Positions 1 to 9,399 of a DNA stretch of 64,000 nt are shown in pieces. Location: contig JANXUD010000028.1 in the NCBI GenBank assembly GCA_025352045.1, positions 10,206 through 74,205 of the forward strand, in the 5' to 3' direction. Below the pieces are notes generated by a model, which saw nothing but the letters and a program-made list of their open reading frames with translations, was not told where the DNA came from and made no database searches. This DNA is from Gammaproteobacteria bacterium. Lineage in GTDB: Bacteria > Pseudomonadota > Gammaproteobacteria > Xanthomonadales > Xanthomonadaceae. The translations under genes and the position numbers were made by a program. Numbering within the stretch: the first letter of the stretch is position 1; each line of letters opens with the position of its first letter.

Positions 1-170
1 CCTTGGGCGCCGTTTTCCATGACGGAGGCGGTTCTTTGATCAATTGTTAGCCAAGTGTTTTTTGCGTTCAGAAAACATACACCCGCTTCAGCGCAAATTA
101 GCTCCGCCTGATCCTGAGTCAATGACTGACGGCGCGCAAGAAAACGGAATTTCACCCAAGGAGAGTGTGT

Positions 171-440
171 ATGAACCTGATCATCTGGCTGGTAATCGGT
201 GGTGTCGTTGGTTGGCTGGCGAGCATCATCATGAAGCGTGATGGACAGCAGGGCATCCTGATGAACATCGTGGTCGGCATCGTTGGCGCGCTGCTCGCTG
301 GTTGGCTCATCTCGCCGCTGGTCGGCGTGGGCACCATCAACAGCGGCCTGAGCATCGGAACCTTCCTGGTCTCCCTGCTGGGCGCGGTCGTGCTGCTGGC
401 GATCGTCAACCTGTTCACCCGTGGCCGCGCTCGCAACTGA
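171..440 (+). CDS. GlsB/YeaQ/YmgE-family small membrane protein (transglycosylase-associated)
   Basis: ORF 165..440. The preferred ATG at 171 is preceded by AAGGAGAG (155-162). The Gly-rich TM sequence IWLVIGGVVGWLASIIM...GIVGALLAGWL is typical of this family. Confidence 0.85.
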   Translation: MNLIIWLVIGGVVGWLASIIMKRDGQQGILMNIVVGIVGALLAGWLISPLVGVGTINSGLSIGTFLVSLLGAVVLLAIVNLFTRGRARN

Positions 441-460
441 GCCCGCCCTGGCGAAAAGGA

Positions 461-490
461 AAAAGCCCCGCTCCGGCGGGGCTTTTTTTT
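461..490 (+). terminator. Rho-independent terminator
   Basis: Stem AAAAGCCCCG (461-470) pairs with CGGGGCTTTT (477-486) around a 6-nt loop. A T-run extends to 490, just after the stop at 438-440. Confidence 0.8.
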
Positions 491-572
491 GGGCCCGCGC
501 CCGCTTTCCCGCCGACTTGCGCCGGCCCCGGCGCGTTGCGACACTGGCTTCGCCCCGTCGCGAGCCCGAACC

Positions 573-1604
573 ATGCCCGGTCCCCGCCGCACCTGCGCCA
601 CCATGCCGCACCACTTCCATCTTGCCGCCACCGACCCGGCCTACGTGGCCCGCCGGCTGCGCATCGAGGGGCTGACCCGAGTCTCGCGCCCGGCACCGCG
701 CGAGCGGCCGGCGATGATCCCCGTGGTCGTGCACGTCGTGTCCGTGGACGATGCCAGCGACATCGACGACGCCCAGGTGCGCAGCCAGCTGGACGTGCTC
801 AACGAGGACTTCCGCTTCCACAACGGCGACCGCGAGCGCATTCCCACGGCCTTCCGCGACGAGGCTGGCGACGCCCTGGTCGAATTCGCCCTGGCCACGC
901 GCGACCCGTCCGGCCGGCCAAGCAGCGGCATCAATCGCGTCCGCAGCAGCGCGCGCTTTGCCTGGGACGCCGAGGATGCCGAGGCGACGCGCAAGCTGGA
1001 CGACCTGCTGAAATTCGCGCCCAACGGCGCACCGGCCTGGCCGCGCGAGGACTTCCTCAACCTGTGGGTCGCACCGCTCGAAGGCGGCCTGCTTGGCTAC
1101 GCGCAGTTTCCCGGCGGACCGGCGGAGACCGATGGCGTGGTGATCCGCTGCGATGCCTTCGGCCGCGTCGGCCGCGTCAGCGCGCCCTTCCATCGCGGAC
1201 GGACCTGCACGCACGAAGTCGGACACTGGCTCAACCTGCTGCACATCTGGGGCGACGACGGCAACGGCTGCCAGAACTCCGACAACATCGCCGACACGCC
1301 CAACCAGGGCGGGGCGAACTTCGGCGCGCCCGACTTCCCGCACGTGAGCTGCGGCAACGGGCCCGACGGCGACATGTTCATGAACTACATGGACTACGTG
1401 GACGACGAGGCCATGCACATGTTCAGTCGCGGCCAGATCGAGCGCATGGGCGCGACGCTGGGGGGGCCGCGCGCTTCGCTCGCCAGTTCCGCCGCCCTGG
1501 GCCAGCCCCGCGACGACAGCACGCAGCGCTTCCGGGACGCCGGCCTGCTCACCCTCGCCCCCGCGCAGCGCCGCTTCGACGGCGTCCACTGGCGCCAACC
1601 CTGA
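573..1604 (+). CDS. M43-family (pappalysin/ulilysin-like) zinc metallopeptidase
   Basis: HEVGHWLNLLHIWGD zinc-binding motif in ORF 489..1604. The ORF opens inside the upstream terminator, so ATG 573 (or 603) is more plausible. No obvious Sec signal. Confidence 0.8.
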   Translation: MPGPRRTCATMPHHFHLAATDPAYVARRLRIEGLTRVSRPAPRERPAMIPVVVHVVSVDDASDIDDAQVRSQLDVLNEDFRFHNGDRERIPTAFRDEAGDALVEFALATRDPSGRPSSGINRVRSSARFAWDAEDAEATRKLDDLLKFAPNGAPAWPREDFLNLWVAPLEGGLLGYAQFPGGPAETDGVVIRCDAFGRVGRVSAPFHRGRTCTHEVGHWLNLLHIWGDDGNGCQNSDNIADTPNQGGANFGAPDFPHVSCGNGPDGDMFMNYMDYVDDEAMHMFSRGQIERMGATLGGPRASLASSAALGQPRDDSTQRFRDAGLLTLAPAQRRFDGVHWRQP

Positions 1605-1623
1605 ACGGGGCCGGTTCTCTCAC
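1604..1623 (+). repeat. REP-like element copy (AACGGGGCCGGTTCTCTCAC)
   Basis: Same core as the copies at 7561-7606, 8357-8405 (reverse complement) and 16991-17010. Lies between convergent genes. Confidence 0.6.
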
Positions 1624-1644
1624 AATCGTGAACGGATCGCGTCG

Positions 1645-2097
1645 CTAGGCCGGCGCGCGCAAACCAGCCACCGCCAACGCAGCCAGGGCCTGCGCCTCCG
1701 ACAGCCCCTGCGCCGCTGACGCCACCCCATCGGGAAGCCAGTCCGGGAACGGCGTGACGACATTCCGGTGCGCGCCGCCCGCCCTGTGCTCCTGTCGCAC
1801 CCTCGCCACGCGTTCGGCCGGAAACCGGGACGCGCAGCGTGCGAGCGCGGGCCAGAGCCGCCGATGCACCAGCGTCTGCTTGCCATCCACGAGCTTGCAG
1901 AACAGCACGTCCGGCGACGACCCCAGCACCTGCAAGGCCGCGAAGATCGCCTTGCCCCGCGGGTGCGACCACCAGCTGCCGCGGGTCTGCTCGCCCGCAA
2001 CGGCGTCGGACAGCCGGGGCACGGCACCCTGCCCCGACACCAGCACGATGCCGTGCTGCTCGACGAAGGCGACCGGGTCAAACTCGGGCGCGCTCAT
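1645..2097 (-). CDS. hypothetical protein
   Basis: C-terminal 151 codons of ORF 1645..2385, starting at MSAPEFDPVAFVEQHG. The ATG at 2097 overlaps the stop of the upstream gene (ATGA). I recognise no family. Confidence 0.6.
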   Translation of the reverse strand: MSAPEFDPVAFVEQHGIVLVSGQGAVPRLSDAVAGEQTRGSWWSHPRGKAIFAALQVLGSSPDVLFCKLVDGKQTLVHRRLWPALARCASRFPAERVARVRQEHRAGGAHRNVVTPFPDWLPDGVASAAQGLSEAQALAALAVAGLRAPA

Positions 2098-2264
2098 CCG
2101 GTCGTTTCGCGACGGAAGTAGTGCGCAGCCACCAGGCCAATGAGTTCCGCGTTGGCCTTGCCGTCCACCGGCGGCGAGCGCAGCGTCGCGATCCAGTCGC
2201 CGTCGTCGGAATGCGCAAGCGCGCTGGTTCGCGCGTTGGGCTTGACCTTCACCACCAGGATCAT
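2094..2264 (-). CDS. short DUF167 (YggU)-like protein, apparently C-terminally truncated
   Basis: MILVVKVKPNARTS...PPVDGKANAELIGLVA matches the DUF167 core (VKPnA...PPvdGkAN). It is only 56 aa, whereas the members I recall are about 95 aa. ATGA overlaps at both ends. Confidence 0.55.
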   Translation of the reverse strand: MILVVKVKPNARTSALAHSDDGDWIATLRSPPVDGKANAELIGLVAAHYFRRETTG

Positions 2265-2803
2265 GGGGTGGGGACCTTCGTGCGCGGCCGCTTCGGTCCC
2301 GGCGCGTAGCCGGCGCCGGTCTGCGCATCGAGGGCGTCGATCCAGCCGGCGGCGGCGTCCGGAAACGCGTCCGCATACGGCACATAGGGCTTGATATCGA
2401 TCACCGGCGTGCCGTCGAGCAGGTCGAGGCCACGCACCCGCAATGCGCCGTCCTCCACGCCCAGCAACTCGACCGCCGACAGCCCGATCGGATTGGGCCG
2501 GTGCGGCGAGCGCGTCGCCAGCACTCCGCGCTTGCCGCCACCGCGGGGCGGGCGCACGCGCGGCGTCCAGCCCTGGCTGCGGTCGAACACGAAAATCAGC
2601 CAGACCCGCGAAAACCCGGCCAGGTCCGCCAGCGCCCCCGGGGGGAAGCCGGGCACGAACTCGATGCGCGCCTCGGCCGCGACGCCGGTCTCGGTGCCGG
2701 CGGTGACTGTCGGCTGGTGTGGCGCATCGATGCGCGTGCGGTAGGGCGAGCGCACATGCGCGATCGCCTGCATCGGATACGCCGGGCCAGGGCTGGATTC
2801 CAT
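2261..2803 (-). CDS. tsaA: tRNA (t6A37) methyltransferase TsaA/TrmO (YaeB family)
   Basis: SRVWLIFVFD...ATRSPHRPNPIGLSAVELL...LDLLDGTPVIDIKPY is characteristic of the YaeB/TsaA fold. ATG at 2803 (alternative 2773). Confidence 0.85.
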   Translation of the reverse strand: MESSPGPAYPMQAIAHVRSPYRTRIDAPHQPTVTAGTETGVAAEARIEFVPGFPPGALADLAGFSRVWLIFVFDRSQGWTPRVRPPRGGGKRGVLATRSPHRPNPIGLSAVELLGVEDGALRVRGLDLLDGTPVIDIKPYVPYADAFPDAAAGWIDALDAQTGAGYAPGPKRPRTKVPTP

Positions 2804-2956
2804 CGCGGCGATGATACGCGCCCACCAAAAGACGGCCACAACCGCCGACGGACACGACCGGCACCCCCTGTCCAAAGGTAGGCAACACTTTCGGCACTCC
2901 GCCCGCGGTCGCCGTCCGTGGTCCGATACGCCCCATCGATCAGGGGATTTGGACGG

Positions 2957-4237
2957 ATGAAAAAGCGCACTCTCATTATCCTGGTGGCCGCGGGGATCAT
3001 CGTGCTGGGCGGCGGCGGATTCATGGCCCTGCACGGCAAGGGCGACAAGGCGGCCGACGTCGAGGTCCTGCCGGTCAAGCGCGCGACGATCGTCCAGAAG
3101 GTCAACGGCACCGGCAAGATCCAGCCCAACACCGAGATCAACATCAGCGCCGACGTCAGCGCCAAGATCACCCGGCTCGAGGTGAAGGAAGGCGACCACG
3201 TCGAGAAGGGCCAGTTGCTGGTCGAACTCGACCGGCAGAAATACCTGGCCCAGGTGCAGAGCCAGGAGGCCAACGTGCGCTCGGCCGAGGCCAACGCCCG
3301 CCTCTCGCGCGACAACCGCGACCAGGCCGAGCGCGTCTACAAGCGCGCCAAGGAACTGGTGGCGCGCAAACTGCAGTCGCAGTCCGACCTCGACGCGGCC
3401 CAGACCACCTTCCAGACCGACAGCTCGCGCTTCCAGGCGGCCACGGACCAGGTCCAGCAGGCCATCGGCGCCCTGAAACAGGCCCAGGACGACCTGTCCA
3501 AGACCACCATCTACGCGCCGATTTCCGGCACCGTCGCCGACCTGCGCAAGGAACTGGGCGAAATCGCCATCGGCTCGCAGTTCCAGGAGGACGTGATCAT
3601 GGTCATCGCCCAGCTCGGCGCGATGGAAGCCGTGGTCAACGTGGATGAGAACGACATCAACGCGATCAAGATCGGCCAGCCGGCCGACATCACCGTGGAT
3701 GCGGCGCTCGGCGAGAAGATCACCGGCAAGGTGAGCGAGATCGCCAGCAGCGCCACCGCGCCGACCGCTGGCTCGACCGTCCAGAAGACCGAGTTCGAGG
3801 TCAAGATCGCGATCACCAGCCCCACCGCCAAGCTGCGCCCGGGCATGACCGCCAGCGCGGACATCGTCACCGCCACCCAGCCCAACGCCATCAGCGTGCC
3901 GATCCAGTCTGTCACCGTGCGCACGCCCGAGCAGCTGGCGCCCAAGGACGCGAAGGACGGCGCCAAGCCCAAGTTCACCGCAGGCAAGGACGGCTTCGTC
4001 GAAGTGGTGTTCGTGGTCGACGACGGCAAGGCCGTGGCCAGGCCGGTCACCACCGGCATCCAGAGCGACGACGCGATCGAGATCAAGACCGGCGTGTCCG
4101 AAGGCCAGCAGGTCGTGTCAGGCAGCTACCGAGCGATCTCGCGCGACCTCAACAACGGCGACACGGTGACCATCAAGAAGCCCGGCGACAAGTCCGTCGG
4201 CGACAAGGATGCCGGCGCGGCCGCGGGCGGCAACTGA
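2957..4237 (+). CDS. HlyD/MacA-type periplasmic adaptor (membrane fusion protein)
   Basis: [19 protein letters not shown] anchor, then lipoyl/coiled-coil/beta-barrel layout ([30 protein letters not shown] ... [10 protein letters not shown]). First gene of a 4-gene module. Confidence 0.9.
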   Translation: MKKRTLIILVAAGIIVLGGGGFMALHGKGDKAADVEVLPVKRATIVQKVNGTGKIQPNTEINISADVSAKITRLEVKEGDHVEKGQLLVELDRQKYLAQVQSQEANVRSAEANARLSRDNRDQAERVYKRAKELVARKLQSQSDLDAAQTTFQTDSSRFQAATDQVQQAIGALKQAQDDLSKTTIYAPISGTVADLRKELGEIAIGSQFQEDVIMVIAQLGAMEAVVNVDENDINAIKIGQPADITVDAALGEKITGKVSEIASSATAPTAGSTVQKTEFEVKIAITSPTAKLRPGMTASADIVTATQPNAISVPIQSVTVRTPEQLAPKDAKDGAKPKFTAGKDGFVEVVFVVDDGKAVARPVTTGIQSDDAIEIKTGVSEGQQVVSGSYRAISRDLNNGDTVTIKKPGDKSVGDKDAGAAAGGN

Positions 4238-4238
4238 G

Positions 4239-5060
4239 ATGTCCGCCCAACTGCGCGACCCGGAAAGCGGTGGCAAGTCCGACCGGCCGCCGCATGACGG
4301 CCCGCCGCGCGACGGGATGGCGCCGGTCATGCTGTCGCTGGACAACGTGGTCAAGACCTACGTCATGGGCGACCAGCAGGTGCGCGCCCTCGCCGGCGTG
4401 TCGCTTTCGATCCGCCGCGGCGAATACGTCGCCATCATGGGTCCCTCCGGTTCCGGCAAGTCCACGCTGATGAACATCATCGGTTGCCTTGACGTGCCGA
4501 CCACCGGCATCTACAAGCTCGACGGCCAGGCGGTGAACGCGATGAGCGAGGACGCACTGGCCGAGATCCGCAACCTGAAGATCGGCTTCGTCTTCCAGAC
4601 CTTCAACCTGGTGCCGCGGGTGAACGTGTTCAAGAACGTCGAGCTGCCGCTGATCTACGCCGGCAAGCCGCGCGCCGAGCGCAAGCGCATCGCCGAGGAG
4701 GCGATCCGTTCGGTCGGGCTGCAGGAGCGCATGACGCACAAGCCCAACGAGCTGTCCGGCGGCCAGCGCCAGCGCGTGGCGATCGCCCGCGCCCTGGTCT
4801 GCAACCCCTCGATCATCCTGGCCGACGAGCCGACCGGCAACCTCGACTCGGCCACCGGCGCCGAGATCATGGGCGTGCTGGGCGAACTGCATGCGCGCGG
4901 CAACACCATCATCCTGGTCACGCACGAGGACGAGATCGCCGCGCACGCGCACCGCGTGGTGCGGCTGCGCGATGGCCTGGTCGAGAGCGATGTCGAGAGC
5001 GGGTTTCGGCAGAGGACCCCACCGTCGGAACTTGAATCCAACGGACCAGAAGCTTCATGA
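4239..5060 (+). CDS. ABC transporter ATP-binding protein (MacB/LolD type)
   Basis: Walker [10 protein letters not shown], signature LSGGQRQR, Walker [12 protein letters not shown]. The ATG lies 1 nt after the upstream stop. Confidence 0.92.
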   Translation: MSAQLRDPESGGKSDRPPHDGPPRDGMAPVMLSLDNVVKTYVMGDQQVRALAGVSLSIRRGEYVAIMGPSGSGKSTLMNIIGCLDVPTTGIYKLDGQAVNAMSEDALAEIRNLKIGFVFQTFNLVPRVNVFKNVELPLIYAGKPRAERKRIAEEAIRSVGLQERMTHKPNELSGGQRQRVAIARALVCNPSIILADEPTGNLDSATGAEIMGVLGELHARGNTIILVTHEDEIAAHAHRVVRLRDGLVESDVESGFRQRTPPSELESNGPEAS

Positions 5061-6295
5061 AGCTCTCGCTCGACCTGTCCGAATCCCTGAAGATCGCGCT
5101 CGGCGCGCTCGCCGCCAACAAGAGCCGCGGCGCGCTGACCGCGCTCGGCATCATCATCGGCATCGTCGCGGTGATCACCACCATGACCGCCGCCAACGGG
5201 TTGCAGAACACCTTCCGGCAGACCTTCGCCTCGGTCGGCTCGGACGTGATCTACGTGTCCAAGCGGCCCTGGGTGCAGATGGGCCAGGATTTCTCGCTCA
5301 ACAACCGGCCCGAGATCACCCTGGCGGTGAGCGACGCTCTGACCCGCAGGCTGCGCGGCCGGGCCGTGGTCAGCCCGAGCATCAGCGGCCAGAGCAACGT
5401 CAAGTTCGAGACCAACGAGCTGGATTCGATCAACATCATCGGCAGCACCGACAAGCAGGTGCAGGTTTCGAGCATGGTGCCGTCAAGCGGCCGCTTCCTG
5501 ATGCCGTTCGACGTCCAGTACAAGCGCCGCGTGGCGGTGATCGGCTGGGACGTGGCGGACGGGCTGTTCGGAAAGTCCAACCCGCTGGGCAAGGTGTTCA
5601 AGATCGGGCGCTTCGACTTCACCGTCATCGGCGTGATGGAAAAACAGGGCGGCAGCTTCTTCGGCGGCCCCAACTTCGACCGCCAGGTCAGCATCCCGAT
5701 CTCCACCTTCGCCAAGACCCTGGGCACCTCGGGCGGGCGGATCAACGTCAACGTCGCGATCAAGACGCCGGCGACCGAGCGGCCCGAGGACTTCGAATTC
5801 GAGGCCAAGGGCATCATGCGCTCGATCCGCGGGCTCAAGCCGGTCGAGAAGGACGATTTCTCGATCAACAAGCTCGACACCCTGCTCGATGCCTACAACA
5901 ACACCATGGGCGTGGTGGTGCTGGTCGGCCTGGCGATCACCGGCCTGTCGCTGTTCGTCGGCGGCGTCGGGGTCATGAACATCATGCTGGTTTCGGTGAC
6001 CGAGCGGACCCGCGAGATCGGCATCCGCAAGGCGATCGGCGCCAAGCGGCGCAGCATCCTGCTGCAGTTCCTGTTCGAGTCCTCGATCATCTGCCTGTTC
6101 GGCGGCATCCTCGGCCTGCTGATCGCCGGCGGCATCACGGCCATCATCAACGCCAAGCTGATGCCGGCCAGCCTGTCGCCCGCCATCATCCTGATCGCGC
6201 TGGCGGTGTCGGTGTTCGTCGGCGTGGTGTCGGGCATGATCCCGGCCTGGCGCGGTGCGCGGCTGGATCCGATCGAGGCGCTTCGCTATGAGTAA
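5057..6295 (+). CDS. ABC transporter permease, FtsX/MacB type
   Basis: N-terminal TM, large periplasmic domain, and C-terminal FtsX block ([20 protein letters not shown]). ATGA overlap with the ATPase gene. Confidence 0.9.
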   Translation: MKLSLDLSESLKIALGALAANKSRGALTALGIIIGIVAVITTMTAANGLQNTFRQTFASVGSDVIYVSKRPWVQMGQDFSLNNRPEITLAVSDALTRRLRGRAVVSPSISGQSNVKFETNELDSINIIGSTDKQVQVSSMVPSSGRFLMPFDVQYKRRVAVIGWDVADGLFGKSNPLGKVFKIGRFDFTVIGVMEKQGGSFFGGPNFDRQVSIPISTFAKTLGTSGGRINVNVAIKTPATERPEDFEFEAKGIMRSIRGLKPVEKDDFSINKLDTLLDAYNNTMGVVVLVGLAITGLSLFVGGVGVMNIMLVSVTERTREIGIRKAIGAKRRSILLQFLFESSIICLFGGILGLLIAGGITAIINAKLMPASLSPAIILIALAVSVFVGVVSGMIPAWRGARLDPIEALRYE

Positions 6296-7559
6296 GTCCG
6301 GCAACCGCTCCGGAATGCGCGTGTCCGACGTGTTCGTGATGTCGCTGGGCGCCATCGGGAGCAACAAGCTGCGCAGCTTCCTCACCCTGGTCGGCATCGT
6401 GCTGGGCGTGGCCTCGATCATCGGCGTCATGACCGCGATCTCGGTCATCCAGACGACGATGGAGAAGGAGATGACGGTGCTCGGCACCCAGACCTTCCAG
6501 GTGCAGAAGTGGCCGAACGGCTTCAACGGCCCCGAGCAGCAGCGCGCGGCACAGAAATGGCCGCCGGTGACCCTGGCCGAGGCGCAGGCGATCCGCGAGC
6601 AGGTGCCTTCGGTCGACTTCGTCGGCACGGAACTGTGGGACGGCGGCAAGGTGGCGTCCTACAAGGGCATCACCACCGACCCGATCGTCTCAATTTGCGG
6701 CGGGTCGCCGGAGTATTCGGAGAACAACACCCACTACATCGAGGAAGGCCGCAACATCTCGCGCATGGACATGCTCGCCGCGCGCCGGGTGGTCGTGATC
6801 GGGCATGCGCTGGCCGAGCAGTTGTTCCCCTTCACGGACCCGATCGGCAAGTCGATCATGCTGGACGGGCGAAGGTTCGAGGTGATCGGCGTGTTCATCA
6901 AGAAGGTCTCGGCCTTCGGCGGGCCGTACGAAACCCTGGCGCTGATGCCCAGCGGTGCCTATACCCAGATCTACGGCCTGGTCGATCCGCAGGGCTTCCC
7001 GCGTTCGGTCAACGTCACCGTGCACGCGCGTACCCCGGCGCTGCTCCAGGACGCGATCGAGCAGGTTCGCCAGGTGATGCGCAATGCGCGCCACCTCAAA
7101 CACGACCAGGCGGACAACTTCTACTGGTTCACCTCCCTCAGCCAGATCGAAAACTTCAACAAGACCACGGCGGGCGTCAAGCTCGGTGCCTTCCTGATGG
7201 GTGGGGTGGCGCTGCTGGTGGCAGGCATCGGCATCATGAACATCATGCTGGTGTCGGTGACGGAACGGACCAAGGAAATCGGCATCCGCAAGTCGCTGGG
7301 CGCCAAGCGGCGCAACATCCTGCTGCAGTTCCTGCTGGAGGCGGTGGTGCTGTGCAACGTGGGCGGGGTGATAGGCATCGCGCTGGGCTTTGCACTGGGG
7401 AACGTGTTCACCTTCTTCACGACCTTCGAGGCGCGGGTGCCACTGGGCTGGGCGGTGTTCGGCGTGGTCTTCTGCAGCCTGATCGGCGTGGTATTCGGCA
7501 TGATCCCCGCGCTGAAGGCCTCGCGCCTCAACCCGATCGAAGCCCTGCACTACGAATAA
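6288..7559 (+). CDS. ABC transporter permease, FtsX/MacB type (second copy)
   Basis: Paralogous architecture, with [20 protein letters not shown] and C-terminal PIEALHYE. Start MSKSG at 6288 overlaps the upstream stop. Confidence 0.9.
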   Translation: MSKSGNRSGMRVSDVFVMSLGAIGSNKLRSFLTLVGIVLGVASIIGVMTAISVIQTTMEKEMTVLGTQTFQVQKWPNGFNGPEQQRAAQKWPPVTLAEAQAIREQVPSVDFVGTELWDGGKVASYKGITTDPIVSICGGSPEYSENNTHYIEEGRNISRMDMLAARRVVVIGHALAEQLFPFTDPIGKSIMLDGRRFEVIGVFIKKVSAFGGPYETLALMPSGAYTQIYGLVDPQGFPRSVNVTVHARTPALLQDAIEQVRQVMRNARHLKHDQADNFYWFTSLSQIENFNKTTAGVKLGAFLMGGVALLVAGIGIMNIMLVSVTERTKEIGIRKSLGAKRRNILLQFLLEAVVLCNVGGVIGIALGFALGNVFTFFTTFEARVPLGWAVFGVVFCSLIGVVFGMIPALKASRLNPIEALHYE

Positions 7560-7560
7560 A

Positions 7561-7606
7561 TCGGGGCCGGTTCTTTCACGTTCCTTAACGGGGCCGGTTC
7601 TGTCAT
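7561..7606 (+). repeat. REP doublet (two direct copies)
   Basis: TCGGGGCCGGTTCTTTCAC (7561-7579) and AACGGGGCCGGTTCTGTCAT (7587-7606). Confidence 0.7.
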
Positions 7607-7613
7607 CTCCCGC

Positions 7614-8315
7614 TCACCGTAGCGACGCGGAGAGATGCGGCGATAACGGCCTTTGCGGGACCGAGCCGGCCTTCAACGCTGCGCGCAACTCCGACAGCTC
7701 CTGCGCCGGGACTTCCGAATCCACGATTGCGCGGTAGGCGGCGAGACGGATCCGCGTATCGCAATCAAGCGCTTCGTACACCGGATGCGGCCTGATCAGC
7801 GGATTGCGCACGCCAAGCGCGTTGCGGCGGTAGCTGCTCCATGGATAGTCTGCGGCATCCGCCACGATGCCTGCGCGCACCGGATTGCGCTCGATGTAGC
7901 GATGGCAGCGCAACAGGTAGGCGTCGGAATCGACGACGCAACTGCGAAAGCGTCCTTCCCACAGCGAACCAGTGCGCCCGTGCCTGGCATTGAAGTAGCG
8001 GACATACCGCGAACCGACGTGATGCAGGAGCGCCGAGGCCGACCAGGGCCCGTCCGGCGTCAGGAGCAGGTGCACGTGGTTGCCCATCAGCGCGTACGCG
8101 TGGACGGCGCAGCCGGAATGCGTCGCCGCCGCGGAAAGCAGCTGCAGGTAGACCAGATAGTCGCCGGCAGCCACGAAGGTCGGCGTGCGGTTGTTGCCAC
8201 GCTGAACGATGTGCAAGGGCTGGCCGGCAATGGCATATCGCCGGGGACGTGGCATGGCGGTGGATCCGCTGGACGAGGTAGGCGCAGCCTCGCGCACCCC
8301 ATCGAGTGGATCCAT
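7614..8315 (-). CDS. REP-associated tyrosine transposase (RAYT, IS200/Y1 HUH-type)
   Basis: QRGNNR, HUH motif in GNHVHLLL, and RCHRYIERNPVRAG with a candidate catalytic Tyr. Alternative start at 8255 (MPRPRRY). Confidence 0.85.
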   Translation of the reverse strand: MDPLDGVREAAPTSSSGSTAMPRPRRYAIAGQPLHIVQRGNNRTPTFVAAGDYLVYLQLLSAAATHSGCAVHAYALMGNHVHLLLTPDGPWSASALLHHVGSRYVRYFNARHGRTGSLWEGRFRSCVVDSDAYLLRCHRYIERNPVRAGIVADAADYPWSSYRRNALGVRNPLIRPHPVYEALDCDTRIRLAAYRAIVDSEVPAQELSELRAALKAGSVPQRPLSPHLSASLR

Positions 8316-8356
8316 CGGGATACTCCGAGTCTTTCGTCAGTCTACGCCGCGCCGAT

Positions 8357-8405
8357 GTGAAGGAACCGACCCCCTTCAGTGATGTGAAGGAACCGGCCCC
8401 GTTCA
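8357..8405 (-). repeat. REP doublet (two copies, inverted relative to 7561-7606)
   Basis: GTGAAGGAACCGACCCCTTCAG (8357-8379) and GTGAAGGAACCGGCCCCGTTCAG (8383-8405) are reverse complements of the left-hand copies. Confidence 0.7.
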
Positions 8406-9239
8406 GGGTTTGCGGTAGAGCTGGACGAAGCGGTCGGTCTTGCCGCGGATCGCCGGGTCGAACACGTTCTTGGAATGGTCGTCGTCGGGATTGCGCAGCA
8501 GGTCGAGCGAGCCGACCAGCTTCAGCCCGTGCGCCTTGAAGTCGGCTGCCGCGAAGCTGTCCTCGATCCGGTGCAGCGCCTGCGTGTCGGCCTTGCCGCT
8601 GCCCGGTCGCGCCTCGTGGTCCACGATCAGCAGCACGCCGCCCGGCTTCAGGCCGGCCACGATCTGGTCGATGAACTGCCCGGCGTCGATCGCCGGCCAG
8701 CCTTCGTTCGGCTCGACCACGTACAGGTCGTGGTAGGACATCACGATCAGCGCACCATCCAGCGTGCCCTTGCCCAGGTTCATCGCCGACGGCGGTAAAA
8801 CCTCGTAGCGCACGTTCGGCAGGCGGTTGCCGGCCAGGCGCGGTTCGCGGCCCTTCTTGGAGAATCCGTCGTAGGGCTGGTTGTTGATCAGCCGCACCGA
8901 TCCGGACGGACCGACGATGTCGGCGATCAGTTCGCTGTAGTAGCCGCCGCCGCCGAAGATGTCGGCGATGGCATCGCCTTCCTTGAATCCCGCCAGCGTG
9001 AGCACTTCCTGCGGGTGGTCGCGCAGGTCGCGCTCGCGGTCGGTGTCGATGCGCTTGGGATCGGCGATCGCAGCGGCAACGCGCGATGCCACGGACTGCG
9101 CCGCCATCGCGGGTGCTGCCGAAGACGCGTCGGCCGACCCGGCCGGGCTGGCGGTCGTTCCGCGCGCGGGGCCACCCGTCGAGGAGCAAGCCGCCAGGCA
9201 CAACAGGCCGGCGGACAACAGCGGAAACAGGATGCGCAT
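8403..9239 (-). CDS. class I SAM-dependent methyltransferase with lipoprotein-type signal
   Basis: MRILFPLLSAGLLCLAAC lipobox. DIFGGGGYYSE glycine motif and LKPGGVLLIVDH are typical of class I methyltransferases. Confidence 0.8.
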   Translation of the reverse strand: MRILFPLLSAGLLCLAACSSTGGPARGTTASPAGSADASSAAPAMAAQSVASRVAAAIADPKRIDTDRERDLRDHPQEVLTLAGFKEGDAIADIFGGGGYYSELIADIVGPSGSVRLINNQPYDGFSKKGREPRLAGNRLPNVRYEVLPPSAMNLGKGTLDGALIVMSYHDLYVVEPNEGWPAIDAGQFIDQIVAGLKPGGVLLIVDHEARPGSGKADTQALHRIEDSFAAADFKAHGLKLVGSLDLLRNPDDDHSKNVFDPAIRGKTDRFVQLYRKP

Positions 9240-9399
9240 GCGGTCTCTCCGGGGAATCGAGACGCACAGCATGCCACGCCCGGGTGCGTGCCGGAACTGG
9301 CCCCGGAAGTTGCAGGGCTGCGACGGGCAACCGGCAAGCCTTGGACGCCGGCGCCGCCCCGGCGTAGTCTGTGGCGGCCTTCTAGGGGGAGAGACGGCG

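Larger units (their letters stand above)
7561..8405. mobile_element. REP-RAYT-REP unit
   Basis: A single Y1-transposase gene bracketed by inverted REP doublets, which is the arrangement described for RAYTs. Confidence 0.65.

Noticed and set aside
1-164. ORF 44..241 and a possible divergent gene start at 19-21 (minus strand)
   Set aside because: ORF 44..241 overlaps the well-supported GlsB-like gene out of frame and lies in the AT-richer promoter region. The putative divergent start leaves only seven codons in the window and has no Shine-Dalgarno sequence.
302-1648. 448-aa plus-strand ORF, and 152..631 on the minus strand
   Set aside because: These are alternative frames of the GlsB-like and M43 genes. 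They are Arg/Pro/Ala-rich and read across a clear terminator.
2840-2880. Possible sigma-54 promoter upstream of the first export module (CGGCACCCCCTGTCC)
   Set aside because: Both the GG and the TTGC elements are imperfect. No sigma-54 activator is associated with this module.
7765-9330. 521-aa minus-strand ORF spanning the RAYT gene, the REPs and the methyltransferase
   Set aside because: It is out of frame with two genes that have strong family signatures, and it reads through the REP doublet.
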